The position numbers and the translations under genes are program-made. 64,000 nt of DNA from Utricularia gibba (Eukaryota; Plantae; Magnoliophyta): assembly GCA_002189035.1 (NCBI GenBank), contig NEEC01000007.1, forward strand, positions 2,356,001 through 2,420,000, written 5' to 3'. The notes beneath the pieces are model-generated. The model was not told where the DNA came from. It searched no databases and saw only the letters and a program-made list of their open reading frames with translations. Positions 40,147 to 52,576 of the stretch are shown here, piece after piece. Each line of letters starts with the position of its first letter. The first letter of the stretch is position 1.

Positions 40147-40884
40147 CTACTCGGGCTTCCTCCACCACGCCCGGTTCCGCACAGCTATCTCCACCGTCGC
40201 CGCGCCGTTCATCACTCCGGCGCGACAAATTGGACAACTCGTGTGCGATCCGAGCCAAGTATCGATACATGGCACATGAAAGGCGTGGTTACATTTCGGC
40301 AGCAAACGTAACGGGTCATCGTCTTGGAACTCGCTTAGGCAGACGGCGCAATCCGTGCCATCGATTAACGGGTTTTCCTTCCGGTACCTCACCACCGCGA
40401 TTCCGTTGATGATCGACGGCTGCAAGCCCACTGTTCTGATATACCAAATCGGATGATCCACAAATCCATCAGGTACATCTTCCGGGTCCGGGTCTCCTCC
40501 GGGTTCGGATCTCCCTCGGGTGCTCCGCCAGATCGCATGGAATTTGCGGATTGCGAGGAAGGCGAAGAAGATGAAAGCAGCCACCAGGATGGAGACGGAA
40601 ACGCCGAGGAGAATCAATGATATGTGAGGCTTTGGTTCTCCGGGAGTGGACGGCGGTGGGGTATCGGGATTGGAACATTGGGAAGGGCGTACGCGGTTAC
40701 ATATTTGGGTACAGACTTGTGGATGATTGTGAGCGGAATTGGAGGAGTCGCAGAGAGACCGGCAGAAAATGTTGTGCAGCTTGCAAAGTCCGGTAGCCGC
40801 AGCTCCGGTGCTGACGGTGGTTGTCTTGATATCATCGACACGTTCCAAGGTTGTACGAAACCCTCCACCGCCGGCCGGCCTCAT
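40147..40884 (-). CDS. ATL-family RING-H2 E3 ubiquitin ligase (TM + GLD + RING-H2); C-terminus possibly frameshifted
   Basis: Intronless. Hydrophobic helix LILLGVSVSILVAAFIFFAFLAI, DHPIWYIRTVGLQPSII (GLD), CAVCLSEFQDDDPLRLLPKCNHAFHVPCIDTWLGSHTSCPICR. First ATG at 40884 (the track's 40914 is TTG). A second frame continues to 39932. Confidence 0.9.
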   Translation of the reverse strand: MRPAGGGGFRTTLERVDDIKTTTVSTGAAATGLCKLHNIFCRSLCDSSNSAHNHPQVCTQICNRVRPSQCSNPDTPPPSTPGEPKPHISLILLGVSVSILVAAFIFFAFLAIRKFHAIWRSTRGRSEPGGDPDPEDVPDGFVDHPIWYIRTVGLQPSIINGIAVVRYRKENPLIDGTDCAVCLSEFQDDDPLRLLPKCNHAFHVPCIDTWLGSHTSCPICRAGVMNGAATVEIAVRNRAWWRKPE

Positions 40885-41304
40885 TTCCTTCCAGTAGTCT
40901 CTCGTAACCTCCAACCGTCTTTTATGATGATATATCGCATCACACTCACTTGAGCTTGACTATTTCCTGTTGCAGGAAAAAAAAAAGGTATTAAGTAATT
41001 AAAGCTTAATTTCCATATTTTAAAAATAATAATGAATCTTGTCAGCATTTAATAATTATAATTCATTGTTGAGAGTTGGCGGGTGGGAAACCGGGAGTCG
41101 TTGGTCAAGCATAATGATTCATGTCCCACATCACATAGAAACACAATGGGAAACACGTCACAATTTAATCATCTATTTATATATTTTAAAATAAATATTA
41201 AAGACCAGGAATTAAACCGTATTTAAAAATGGTTATGGATGATATGTCACTTTAAATAAATAATTTTTAACGTTTTATATATGTATAAAAATAACGGGTT
41301 GAGC

Positions 41305-41575
41305 TGGGCCGAAGTGATGGTCTAGGATGGGCCGCCGAGGCGATCTAAGATGAGCCACAGTGACGGAATGGGCTGAGCTAATTAGATGGGCTACGATGCC
41401 TTGTGGATCTGGACTGAGCTACGGTTATGGGCTGGTCTAGCCCATGTACCGGCTAGGCTGTGCCACCAAGAAGGTATGGGCTGGGTTGAGCCATAGTGGC
41501 TCATGGCTTGTCTGGGCCATCGAGTCATTCTGGGCTGCGCACCGATTTTGGTGGGCCTTGTTGATAGGATGGGCT
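41305..41575. promoter_or_regulatory. Dense array of 11 site II (TGGGCY) motifs in the ATL/MDP-1 divergent intergenic region
   Basis: TGGGCY at 41305, 41328, 41369, 41387, 41428, 41477, 41513, 41531, 41552 and 41570, plus AGCCCA at 41439. Confidence 0.7.
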
Positions 41576-41855
41576 GGGTCGCGCTGACAGAATTGGTACA
41601 TTGATGACGACGAATAGGTGGAAAGGTATGCCACAACCTACTTCGTCGTTTGCTAGCCACCGCTTTGCTCCTCCGCCACAGCAATTTATAAGAATCCGGC
41701 AGCCCAGAACCCCGCCCCAAATAAGAAATATTTACAATACGCGGGGCTTGGCCGATATATAAACAAAACCGGCTTGGCCATTATCGTCGGCGGTCCACTC
41801 TGAACAATTTCTCACGCCGACGGTTGAGCTTGAATTGAATCCGGTTCCGGAGCAT

Positions 41856-43670
41856 ATGGGGGACGAAGGCGTAAAGAACGAGGCGATGGAGATCATGGGC
41901 CTTGCTCAACTGCTTCCTCGCCTCGTCATCTTTGATCTCGATTACACTCTGTGGCCTTTCAATTGGTGCGTTTCGTTTTCCTTGCGTAATCGGGATTTTT
42001 GGGGGTTTTCTTCCTAATTGGTCGAGATGCTATTCGTATTGCGCAGTTCGTATAGGAACTACGTAATGGGTTGTTTGTAAATGAAAGGATTTGGAAGCAG
42101 GAAAGTAAAAATGAAAGGATAGCTCACAAAAAGATCATCTTCATCTCCTACAAACGGTTCTGATTTCAATACTACTAAAGCTAGCCGTTCTACCTAAAAA
42201 GGGCTAAACCCAAGACAAAAAGATGAATCAAAAGACTGTACTACTCCTTGAATGGTTACGGGATGTTGATGAGTTAGGATGGAGGTGTGTTCCTGCGGCC
42301 CTGCCAACTATGGGAGACGGAGCCCCAGCTGTTATGTTCGGGGTCGTGACATTTCTGCCTTCTATGTTTGAGAAGGATGAAAATCCCCTTGTCTTCTCAT
42401 TGTGGGTCTGTGTTAGAGATGTTGGGTTTGGGTGGAATGATTGTCTGGTTGCTTACTGGAATTTATGATATCTATGGTAGATTGAGAGTCGGGTGGTGCT
42501 CGGCTAAGTTTTTGTTGAAATTTCTGCTGTGTCCCTGCACAAACATGCTTGAATCTTTTCTTATTGTTGACATTTCATGGACAGTGAATGCCGGTCGAAA
42601 AGGGAAATGCCCTCTCTCTATCCTCATGCAAAAGGCATTGTGCTTGCTCTCAAGGACAAGGGTGTTGACATTGCAATTGCCTCTCGCTCCCCCACTCCTG
42701 ATATTGCAAACGCCTTTCTTGAAAAATTAGGGATGAAATCTTTCTTTGTTGCTCAGGTAATCTGGGGATCAGAACTTCTTCCAATCATTTTTTGTGCGGT
42801 TTCTATTTCATGGATCATGTTTCTTTGCCTTGTGCATAAAGAGAATAATCAGTACGCATTTCCATTTTGTCCCAACTTTGACAACACAAAAAAAAAGCAG
42901 TAATCTTTTTTAACACCAATACTCTATGTTTCATTCTGAGGATACTTAAGATGCTGAATGACTAACTTATTGAACGTTGGTTGTTAAAAAAAAAAAGCAG
43001 TGATCTTTTTTAACACCAATGCTATATGTTTCATTCTGAGGATACTTAAGATTCTGAATGACTAACCTCTTGAACTTTGGTTGTTAAAAAAAAAAAAGCA
43101 GTGATCTTTTTTTAACAACAAACTCAATGTCTCATTCTGTTACCCATGGAAATGTGTTTTGCATATGCTACAAGTTTCTCTTGACACATGAGGTGATTGT
43201 TATCTTGCTGTGTGCGCCTTGTTAAAGAATTATTGATACTCATGCCTCTTAAATACCCATCTTCCTGCAACTGTTGTGTTCTCAATGCTCTGGGACTTGG
43301 TTCAGCAGGTTTTCTCGAGCTGGAGTCACAAGACTGACCATTTTCACAAGATTAATCAGAAGACAGGTATTCCTTACAGTGAGATGCTGTTCTTCGACGA
43401 CGAGGATCGCAACACAAATGCTGTAAGACCTCTCTTTCAGAGAAGGTGTGGGATAGAGAGAGGACAGAAGCATTCTGATACGTTTCCCATATTCTTCATC
43501 CGTAGGTTGCTAAAATGGGTGTCACCAGCGTACTAGTGGACAGAGGCTTGACTCTCGGATATTTCAGAAAGGGTATGTCGGATTTCTCCCGTAACCGCTC
43601 GACGGTGGACCGGAACAAGCAACGGTGGCTCAACTTTTCAAAGAAAACCAGCTCCTCATCAGACGGGTGA
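41856..43670 (+). CDS. MDP1: Magnesium-dependent phosphatase 1 (HAD superfamily)
   Basis: Exons 41856-41965, 42585-42756, 43306(or 43309)-43422, 43506-43670. Motifs PRLVIFDLDYTLWPF, IAIASRSPTPDIA, HKTDHF, MLFFDDEDRN, KMGVTSVLV. Confidence 0.9.
42888..43140. repeat. Intronic tandem repeat, about 2.4 copies of a 100-101 bp unit
   Basis: The unit aaaaagcagt(a/g)atctttttaacaccaat...ttcattctgaggatacttaagat...gaatgactaac...ggttgtt recurs with GCAG at 42897, 42997 and 43098, inside MDP-1 intron 2. Confidence 0.9.
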
Positions 43671-44479
43671 TACACAGAACCAATTACAATGTGCCCGTCC
43701 ACAGTATTGTCTGGAAGTGTATCAGAAACTCTAGACGTTTGTATTATGCGCCACTCTTGATATTGGTTCTGTTTTTTGATAAATAGTATTACATAAAAAA
43801 TATTAATAAGTATATCAGAATTTTATATTTATTAAATGAGATGAAATTTATAAAACATATAGATTTAGTTTTGATATATTTTAAATTGGTATTTATATTT
43901 CCTATTCAATTTTTATTTGTATTAAAATTATAAATAAATAATTGTTGTTTATATAATAAAATATTCATTATATATTATTCTGTCAATATATCTTTATTTC
44001 ATTCACATATTTATATTAAATTATTTGTTATCTCATAATAAAATATATCCTTCGTCATTGACATCCAATTAATTTTTTTATTAGGATTATTTGTTAAAAA
44101 TACTTAAAGTTTTTATTTTAATTGTAAATAATAATATTTTAAAATTGGAATTGCAATGGGCATATGAAAATCTTAATTAGTCAACCATTTATAGTAAGTA
44201 TTTGTAAAATCAGAATTATGTTGAGTGAGTTGTACTTCTTGGATTTTTTTAGCAACAATCATCTTAAATGAGAACTTTTCTTGCATTTTTTTATTATAAC
44301 TTCCAATGTTTGACTCAGGGGTAATATAGGAAAAGCAGTGCAAAAATAAATGTATTGGCGGTCAACTCGATGCCGTTGAAGAAGCTGTTTGATTGAAATG
44401 CGTGATCTTCACAGTTTTCAGTACGTACAGATTTGATGCTTTTATTTAATTAAAAAAATGGACTTAGTAAATGGTAACA

Positions 44480-45796
44480 TCATTTCTCAACAAGCTTGGC
44501 AGTTGGTTCGGGGTTCAGGGCTCCAGCTGGCTGCGAGTCGGTGGCCAAACCTCCAGAGACGACTTGATGCTGAGCCGCCGGTTGAACCGGGGTTCCCACC
44601 ACACCGCCTGGCGCATTGTAGATTACCTGTCTCAGGGCGGGGGTATCCTGCGCCACTTGTGCATACGCTCCGCCTTCTGACACCACCGCTACCGCCGTGT
44701 CCACTCCACCTGCAATCGCTGTCTTTACCGTTTCCGGAACACGGAGAGGGTATCCTGCAGCCGCCATCGCTGTCGAATGCGGCAGTAGACTGTGCGGATT
44801 CTGGTGGTTGTAGATCTCGGGTTGCATCATTTGAAACGCTAGGTGTGGTTGTGGTCTCCAAATCGGCGGATGGTAAGCGGACGCCGGCGCTGTAACGAAG
44901 TAAACTGGCCGGTCACTGTTGATGATGTTCGCAGGGAAAGCTCTTCCAGGGAATTTGTTATCAATCCAATACGGAACTCCGCCTTGAACCGCAGCAGGAG
45001 AGAATTTCTCTGGCGAGAAGGAATCCTCGTTTGTTTTAGTATATATCCCCTGTTGCTCCTCATGCCTCAACCACTGCACATCCTGAATGTGCTTCTGGAT
45101 CTGATCCAGAGGGTCGCTCCTTCCATCCGGAGGAGAAATCTCCAGCTTCTCCGGGTGTAGGAGACCTTTTTCCGGCAGCGCAATTTGTTTCTCCGAATCA
45201 AACAAAATATCCGCATTAGGGATACCAGCCTCCGGCGGTAACGCCAGCGATTGGGCCGGAACAATCGCCATAGGCGGAGTATTTAACGCCTCAATAAACC
45301 TCTCCTTATCAGATTTCCCCTCCTCCGGCACAAGCCTCCGATCGGGTAAATTAAAATTCTGTTTCAAAGCAGGGAAAAAGAAAATCCTAATCCTCGCCGA
45401 TTTCTGCGAAACGCGATACAACCGCTCATACTCGTGCACCATGTGTTCCAAATCATCATCATTGGTCACCGAAATCAACGCGTCCAGATCCTCGCCAGGA
45501 AGCTGATACTTGAAGGAAACACAATCGCTGTCGCAGAGCGCGTTGAGTTTAGCCAGCAAACCCGCGAGTCTGATGTTCCGATCGGCGACAAGAATTTTCG
45601 TGTCGCCGCCGACGTAGGAGAGGCGGTTATCTAGAGGCCGCGGAAGTATTCTCCCCCCGTAGCTGCACATAATTTTGATCTTACAACATTGCTGCACCTG
45701 GTTGTTTTGCGGATTCTCCGGCGGCAGATTCTCAGTCTCCGTTTCACGCTGGCGCGGCGAGCAGTCACCTGGATCATTGTAGGGCAGAGGCTCCAT
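44480..45796 (-). CDS. PB1 (octicosapeptide/Phox/Bem1p) domain protein
   Basis: Intronless 438 aa. KIKIMCSYGGRILPRPLDNRLSYVGGDTKI, FKYQLPGEDLDALISVTNDDDLEHMVHEYERL, ARIRIFFF, then a low-complexity Pro/Gln-rich tail. Confidence 0.92.
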   Translation of the reverse strand: MEPLPYNDPGDCSPRQRETETENLPPENPQNNQVQQCCKIKIMCSYGGRILPRPLDNRLSYVGGDTKILVADRNIRLAGLLAKLNALCDSDCVSFKYQLPGEDLDALISVTNDDDLEHMVHEYERLYRVSQKSARIRIFFFPALKQNFNLPDRRLVPEEGKSDKERFIEALNTPPMAIVPAQSLALPPEAGIPNADILFDSEKQIALPEKGLLHPEKLEISPPDGRSDPLDQIQKHIQDVQWLRHEEQQGIYTKTNEDSFSPEKFSPAAVQGGVPYWIDNKFPGRAFPANIINSDRPVYFVTAPASAYHPPIWRPQPHLAFQMMQPEIYNHQNPHSLLPHSTAMAAAGYPLRVPETVKTAIAGGVDTAVAVVSEGGAYAQVAQDTPALRQVIYNAPGGVVGTPVQPAAQHQVVSGGLATDSQPAGALNPEPTAKLVEK

Positions 45797-45994
45797 CTGT
45801 CGACGCAGTCACCAAGAAAGAAAGGATCTCCGTCTAGCGCCGTGTTAATGAAACTCGAATTTGGTGTGCAGTGACTTGAGAGAGAGAGCAGTGGACGATG
45901 CAAGTTATTGGCATCATAAATGCACCCGAACTTTTCCCTCCCCACCCTCGAGTTCCATGATGGCGAGGCTTTCATTGTCCAACTCCAAACACAC

Positions 45995-46001
<7 letters not shown>

Positions 46002-46065
<64 letters not shown>
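46002..46065. repeat. (TA)32 microsatellite
   Basis: Perfect TA dinucleotide run upstream of the PB1 gene. Confidence 0.95.
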
Positions 46066-46066
<1 letters not shown>

Positions 46067-47715
46067 GAAAACATTTTTTTAATTTAATTGCTTCACTCAC
46101 GGGTTGAATGTTTTTTGTATCTGTGAATTTTTTTATTCGAGAGTGGAGAAAGATATTTCTAAAATTAAAATGAATTTTAATTATAAATTAACATAATATA
46201 TCATTATATCCCATAACAAATAATCTTTTCAACTTCAAATATTCGTTTATAAATTTGATCATTCGTACATTATCTCATACATATTAACATAGAAAATATA
46301 TATTATAGATGATCAGATTTCTCAAATACATCATGTTTGATTGGCACTTTAACGTCCATATGCAAGTGTGTCAAATCTCTTTTGACGTCTAAAATATCAA
46401 CGTCGTTTAATAGGGAGGTTTAGCACTTTAAACCTATGGATTTTATGCATTTTGGTATGTTTGATTGGCACGTATATCCTCAGTTTGGTCGTAACCTAGA
46501 ATTAATTTATATTTCCATACGTATTTTGTGTATTTAAATAATAATTCTTATTTTATTCACGCATTTAGGTTATGTTATTTTGATATTATTCTTAAATATA
46601 AATAATTACAAAATATTTATCAAATGTATCATTACACATAAATAATTATTTCAAGATTTATTTAGATTATAATAATAATTACCCAACTACCAAATCTGGC
46701 ATTAAGCCTATATCAAGAGGAAATACTTTAACAATCTTTTTAAATGTTTTTAATAATATTTTGATTTCATCAAATATTATTTTTTTGATCAATTTTATTA
46801 ACAAAAAATCTCTAATATTATAAATCAAATATTAAATGAAAAAAAACTAATCAGGGATAGCAGGGAATCTTTGGTAAAGTCATATAATATGATAAAGATT
46901 AACCACTTGCAATGGCCTTTAAATTTAAAGTTAAGGGAGGGACCCACCTAACGTTTTTAACAAGGAATAATATTTTTCTATCTTCATGAAATGTTTTCCT
47001 GATGCCCCCCTGGTGGCATGAACGTTCTCAGTTCTCCACATTTTCCTGCCTTAACACCCCCTTTTATAACGTTGTACTTGGTGTGAATGCCATCTTCCTG
47101 ACTTGAATGTCGCTATGTTGAATAATGTGGGGGCGTTTTGCTTGCAATCTTGGGGTGAAATTGAAATATGCAAGGAATTGGTTTCTGAATGATGATGTAT
47201 TGCGATATTTCCTGGTTTCCTGGGCTTAACTGGAATTGTTTAACTTGAAGGCGAGTAGGCGGGAGTTTAGAATTTAGTCAGAAGTTTGAAAATAGAACGT
47301 CAATCATTTTAAACTTGTCTATTTTCCCAAAATGCGTAGGATCAGTCCTTTATTCTCTTGGTTGTATCCTTACACTTTCAACTTCAATTTGCTCTCCCGT
47401 TACAATTATCTTTTTTGGGGGCTTCTACATTCTTAAAAAGAGAGGAACTTGAAAACGCAGCGGCATTGGAGCCACAAGGATGAGGATTTCCCTGCTGCTC
47501 TCCCTTGAGTTGGGTCATATTCTTGATTTGAAAAGTGCACAAAGGGGAGATATCAGGATTTCCCATGAGCTAGTGTTGATGGGGAACACAAAATTTATCC
47601 GCCAATAAATGTATAAATTACAGTAGATTCCACTAAAAAGAAAACCAGATGAACGGAGGTGAAGAAAACCAAACAGAAACCTAGAACTTCTACACCGAAG
47701 AGATCAGAGAGGCGT

Positions 47716-48135
<420 letters not shown>

Positions 48136-48389
48136 TCAAAGAGAAAGGTTTGCGACTTCGCGTTGGTCTCGGAGTGCTCAAGTAGAAGGTGCCCGGGCCA
48201 CTGGTATCCGGAGGGTATTTATAACCACAAACTGTGAAATTTTGGCGGGACAGAGAAGTTATCTAGGCCGTTGGATTTCCAATGTCATCCACCGGCTCTG
48301 ATTTGTTCATTCTGGATCGATAAATCGGATCTATTGTGAGCCGTTGGATTAGATTCTAATCGACCGCTCTTTTCATTCATGTGAACAGG

Positions 48390-48407
48390 TGCGGATCGCT
48401 GACGTGG
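48390..48407 (-). promoter_or_regulatory. Plant histone promoter type I element (hexamer + reverse octamer)
   Basis: The minus strand reads CCACGTCAGCGATCCGCA, one mismatch from the consensus CCACGTCANCGATCCGCG. AATCCAACGGC nonamer-like motifs occur near 48267 and 48341, and a TATA-like sequence near 48218. Confidence 0.85.
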
Positions 48408-48582
48408 ATAAGATCCTAATTATTTTTTAGGGATCCGAATTGGTTCGAATTTTCTATTTATCATATTCTTTAAAATGTATATTTTTTATTATATCGAGAA
48501 ATTTTATATTAATTAATAAAATAAAATATATTATTAACGGAATAATTAAATCTTGTTTTTGTAGGAGCGTCTAACACACGCG

Positions 48583-51138
48583 CTAATGGGATGGAAAGTA
48601 CTTGGAAAGCCCACAAGGTAAAGAGTAGAACTCTTCACTTCTGGGATCTTTATCGAAGTACTTGAACTTGGACCACCAATGGCGCCCACTGTCTTCCCTA
48701 CTGTCCGAGTGTTTTCGCCCTAATGTCAGATCCAGAAGCATCGCAACCGCCGCCGCCACCGTCGCCGGCGACGTGAAGATCACCATCATCGTCTCATTGA
48801 ACTGCAAGACGCGGGCCGCCTCCGTTTAAGCACACTCCTGTCATCTGATTTCTGAAAGCAATGAAGGATAAGGGGATGGAATTCTGTACCCATCGGGAGT
48901 GCGTGTGGACGGGGCCGTGGCCGGATGTGATCGCGTATTCGTTGAAGTACCGCGGAATGGACAGCCCCAAGAAGGAGGAGAACCCGAGAATGAACAGCGT
49001 TCTGTAGCTGTTGAGATTGCAGTACTGAAGCAGGCCAAGTCCAGAAGAAGCTGCCATTGTTGCAAATGATGGGCCTGTTATTAGTACACCCTCGTCTGAA
49101 AAGAGAGTGAAAATGGACTTACACATGAAGGCGAAGAGGACGCAGTACAGAGCTCCGACGATCGGAAGTGGGATGGAAGCAACGATGGCTCCAAACTTGC
49201 CTGTTTTATTACAGGAAACACCCATTAATCTTATGAAGGGAAAGACGAGATCAGCATTGGGAATGGCGAACTGAACCAAGTATTGAAAAGAAGATCATGA
49301 AAACTGCTGATATTTGGACGACCCTTCTGCTTCCGACTCTCGTGAGAGCCAGCAGTCCCACGTTTTCACTGCATCAGACGAGGAAGAAGAATGAAATTCC
49401 ATGGAGAAGGACGGATGCATCAGAAAAAATGAGGGCTACTCAAGATTACACTGATGCGGTTGATCCAACCCCTGTTCCGTATAAACCGTCGAGGAAAATC
49501 CCAAATCCCTGCCACACAGTAAAGCTCGTCAAGTTAGAGCTATTCCAGACTCGGGCTAAGGATTGATGATGTACCAGCCAGGCGATGCCTCGACTGAGAA
49601 CTGAAGCTGGTGGGTGCGTGCAGCCTCCATATCTAGATGCAGCAATGAACGCCCCAGTTGACTGTAATGAAGCAAATTAAGAAGATGACTGACTCCATGT
49701 TTTGCAGAGGCAAATGCAAATGGCTGCGTTGTAAACCTCGATCATGGCGACAAAAGCGGTGGCTAGCATGACAAACACCTCACCGCCATAGACCTGAGGC
49801 TTGCCCCATTGGATTGGATATGGAATGCTGATCCTGTAGTTTGATCACATAAGCAAAAGAACGTTCTTTTTCTAAGGATACTTCTTGAAGCATACCATGA
49901 TGCTCCGCCCACTAGCCCAGAGCGATCGACGCGGCAACTCAACTGAGTTTTCAATGGCCTGTCTCTGTAAGCTCCGACTGCTGTAAGAAGAGCAGCGAAA
50001 GCCCAGACTATCCCCATAGATAGTAGCACAGCGAAACGATCGTAAGCTGGACGATCGGATCCCCACATGTGAGGAATGTACTGCATAATATATCATCTGT
50101 TGGCAGAAAGCATCAAAGAGTAGAGTAATGCGCGATATTTAGGATCAAAAACACTTGCCATGGCGAAGAAAACAAGCAGAATCAGCTCAGGAAGTCCAAT
50201 CTCCACGCACTCGGCGAGCTGTAAGCAAAGATCAAAGTTTTCCATTGGTCTCTTCAAGAACGTCAGTAAGAATAGGACAATGGAGCTTCTATACCAGAGG
50301 AAAACCGTTTTCATAGAGGCCTAGACCAACAAGAGTCACCAGAGGTGCAGCAGAAAGAGGACTCAAAAACCTAACCACAATTCTCCAAATGCCCAGAAAT
50401 CCAAGCAGCATCGGTAATGCAGAGGCGATCAACATGGCCCCTTGTATCATCCTCATTGTACAGAGAAACCTCTGAAGACAACCCACAAACTTTGTAACGA
50501 AATGAAGTCAAGAAGATGACGAGGTAAAGTGGAAAGTTACCTCCCTGGAATCGAGAAAGACTAGATATTTCTGGGCCAATACGATGTAAAAAACCGGAAC
50601 TATGAACCTGTATGATGCGCCTATCACAACAGGGAGGCGAGTACCGAACCATGTCTGCAGTAACGTGTTTATTCCAGAAACGAATAGCAGCGTTTGTATA
50701 ACTTGTGCCTTTTCAACCTGTTTGTGTTTGAATCTACGCATTTCACTTACAACCCTGACACAAAATCAATCCTTGATTCTAAATGGGTGTTCATTGGGAA
50801 CTAACATGTCCACCTCCCATATAAGGAACGATTATAGTGGGAATGATGACTGTTGTTCCAAGCATCACCAGATAGTGCTGAAATCCCAAAACCGCTGCTT
50901 CAACTACAACAAATAAATAAATATACATCATTACCGACACCATTTTACCAAAGAAAAAAGCTAGTTCATATGTTTTGTGCAAGAAGAAACTTCAGAAAAA
51001 ATAAGCTTGAATTAGAAATGAGGAGGCTGAGGAGTAAGACAAACTCCATGAAGGGTTGCTGTTGGCGCAGTAATCCACACAGCGGAGCTGCTCCTCCACA
51101 GGGTGAGGCTCCAATTCCTCCTCCTTCTTCTTCGTCAT
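48583..51138 (-). CDS. Nucleobase-ascorbate transporter (NAT/NCS2), NAT4/NAT10-like
   Basis: Multi-exon: MTKKKEEELEPHPVEEQLRCVDYC, LGFQHYLVMLGTTVIIP, FGTRLPVVIGASY, FLSPLSAAPLV, signature ENVGLLALTRVGSRRVVQISA, DSGRHWW, SEEFYSLP...YFPSH*. Confidence 0.93.
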
Positions 51139-52014
51139 AGTCGCCTCTGCTCACAACAAGAAAAGGGAGTGACGAAAGAATCAACCATGTTAACTGCACA
51201 TTGAAATACACATATATAGAGAATGATTACCTTCTGAAATAAACAGTGCATCACGTAATGTATAGTTGAAGTTGTTGGCTCACTCTATACTCTTTCTTTA
51301 TCTCGTTTAAAGGCGTGGGGTTTGGTGAAGTTAGAAACTTTGAGAAGGGTAAGCTCAAAGGGGTTGTGTGTTGTGAGAGTTGATCATCTGATCGCACCAG
51401 ACTCACCTAAAATGCCAATGTTCACTCAACATGGAAGAAGACAATGTGGCTGTCTTTGTTGCTGAAATCTACATAGAAAAAAAAAAAGAAATTTTATTTT
51501 ATTTTTTCCTAGTTAAAAAATTTTCATACACATTATCAGAATGAATTTTCTGAAAATAAATTGGTGCTCAATAACTTTAAAAAAGACTAATAAACTTGAT
51601 TTCTAATTTTTCGAAATCTTGAAAAATAAATTTAAAGAGATAAATTGAAATTGACAAAAAAAAATTATTGAAAAAACTTTTTATAATCAAAATTAAAATT
51701 AAGAATAATTTAAATAATTCATTTTACATTATTGAAAATAAGAATTTTACATTTTAATTCTAAAAAATGTGAAACAATTATATTGTAAAAAATTATTATA
51801 TTAAATTAAATACGTTTTAAGTAAATTTCTAAAGTTTAGATATATTTAATTGGTAAAATCATATTTACTACATATATTCGATATAATTAAAACAAACTTC
51901 AATCTTGGGAAAAAAATTTCATAATCAATAGTGACAAATAGTTAAAAATAGAAACTATATCGCAACACTTCTAAAAAAGGAATGAAGTGAAGTAAATCAA
52001 CTGGAAACTCATAG

Positions 52015-52023
52015 AAACCCTAA
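52015..52023 (+). promoter_or_regulatory. Telo-box AAACCCTAA upstream of the TRB gene
   Basis: Exact match at 52015-52023. (TTAGGG)2 also occurs at 52332-52343 in the probable 5' UTR exon. Confidence 0.6.
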
Positions 52024-52576
52024 TCGGGATGGTGTTTGTGGTAGATTGGATATAATTGGGGTTATGGGCTGATCACGGCGTCGTTTTGTCTGTTTTCAGA
52101 TCAAGAGTATGTCCAGAGTCCACGTGGATGACAAAGAGCCAGCCTGAGGTATGAAAGCCGAGGTTCATTTCTGACGTTGGAATAACTTCCTGGTATCAGA
52201 TCTTCGGCCTTGGGAGAAATCAGTTGGTAAACTTTTTCAACTGAATTTTCCATTTTTCCTGATTCAATCGCCGATTTGAGCGTGTATTCCACTTGACTTT
52301 AGGCGTTTTGCCTCTCTGGACGTGTGGGGGATTAGGGTTAGGGGTTCGTCTTTCGCAGTTGCAGGATCCTCACTCGATTTCAAGGATACGGATCTGGTAT
52401 GGTTTCTGATCTTTGTTCATTAATCTTTTGATTTTTTTTTGGAATCGACAGCGTTTTGTCCGCTATTTGTTTTGTACGGGAATTGAGCTCTGTAATTATT
52501 TGTCATGTCAATTGATTGCGAAATGCATGGATCTTTATGGTGCAGGCGGTCTTTTGTTGGTTATATGTGATTGCTG

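Noticed and set aside
44458-45160. Antisense ORFs of 105-145 aa over the PB1 gene
   Set aside because: Antisense shadows of a long coding exon.
45861-46082. ORF ending in an IYIYIY repeat
   Set aside because: It is just the (TA)32 microsatellite translated.
46330-46480. Repeated TGTTTGATTGGCAC 14-mer (near 46334 and 46459)
   Set aside because: Only two short direct copies; a MITE remnant is possible but boundaries are unsupported.
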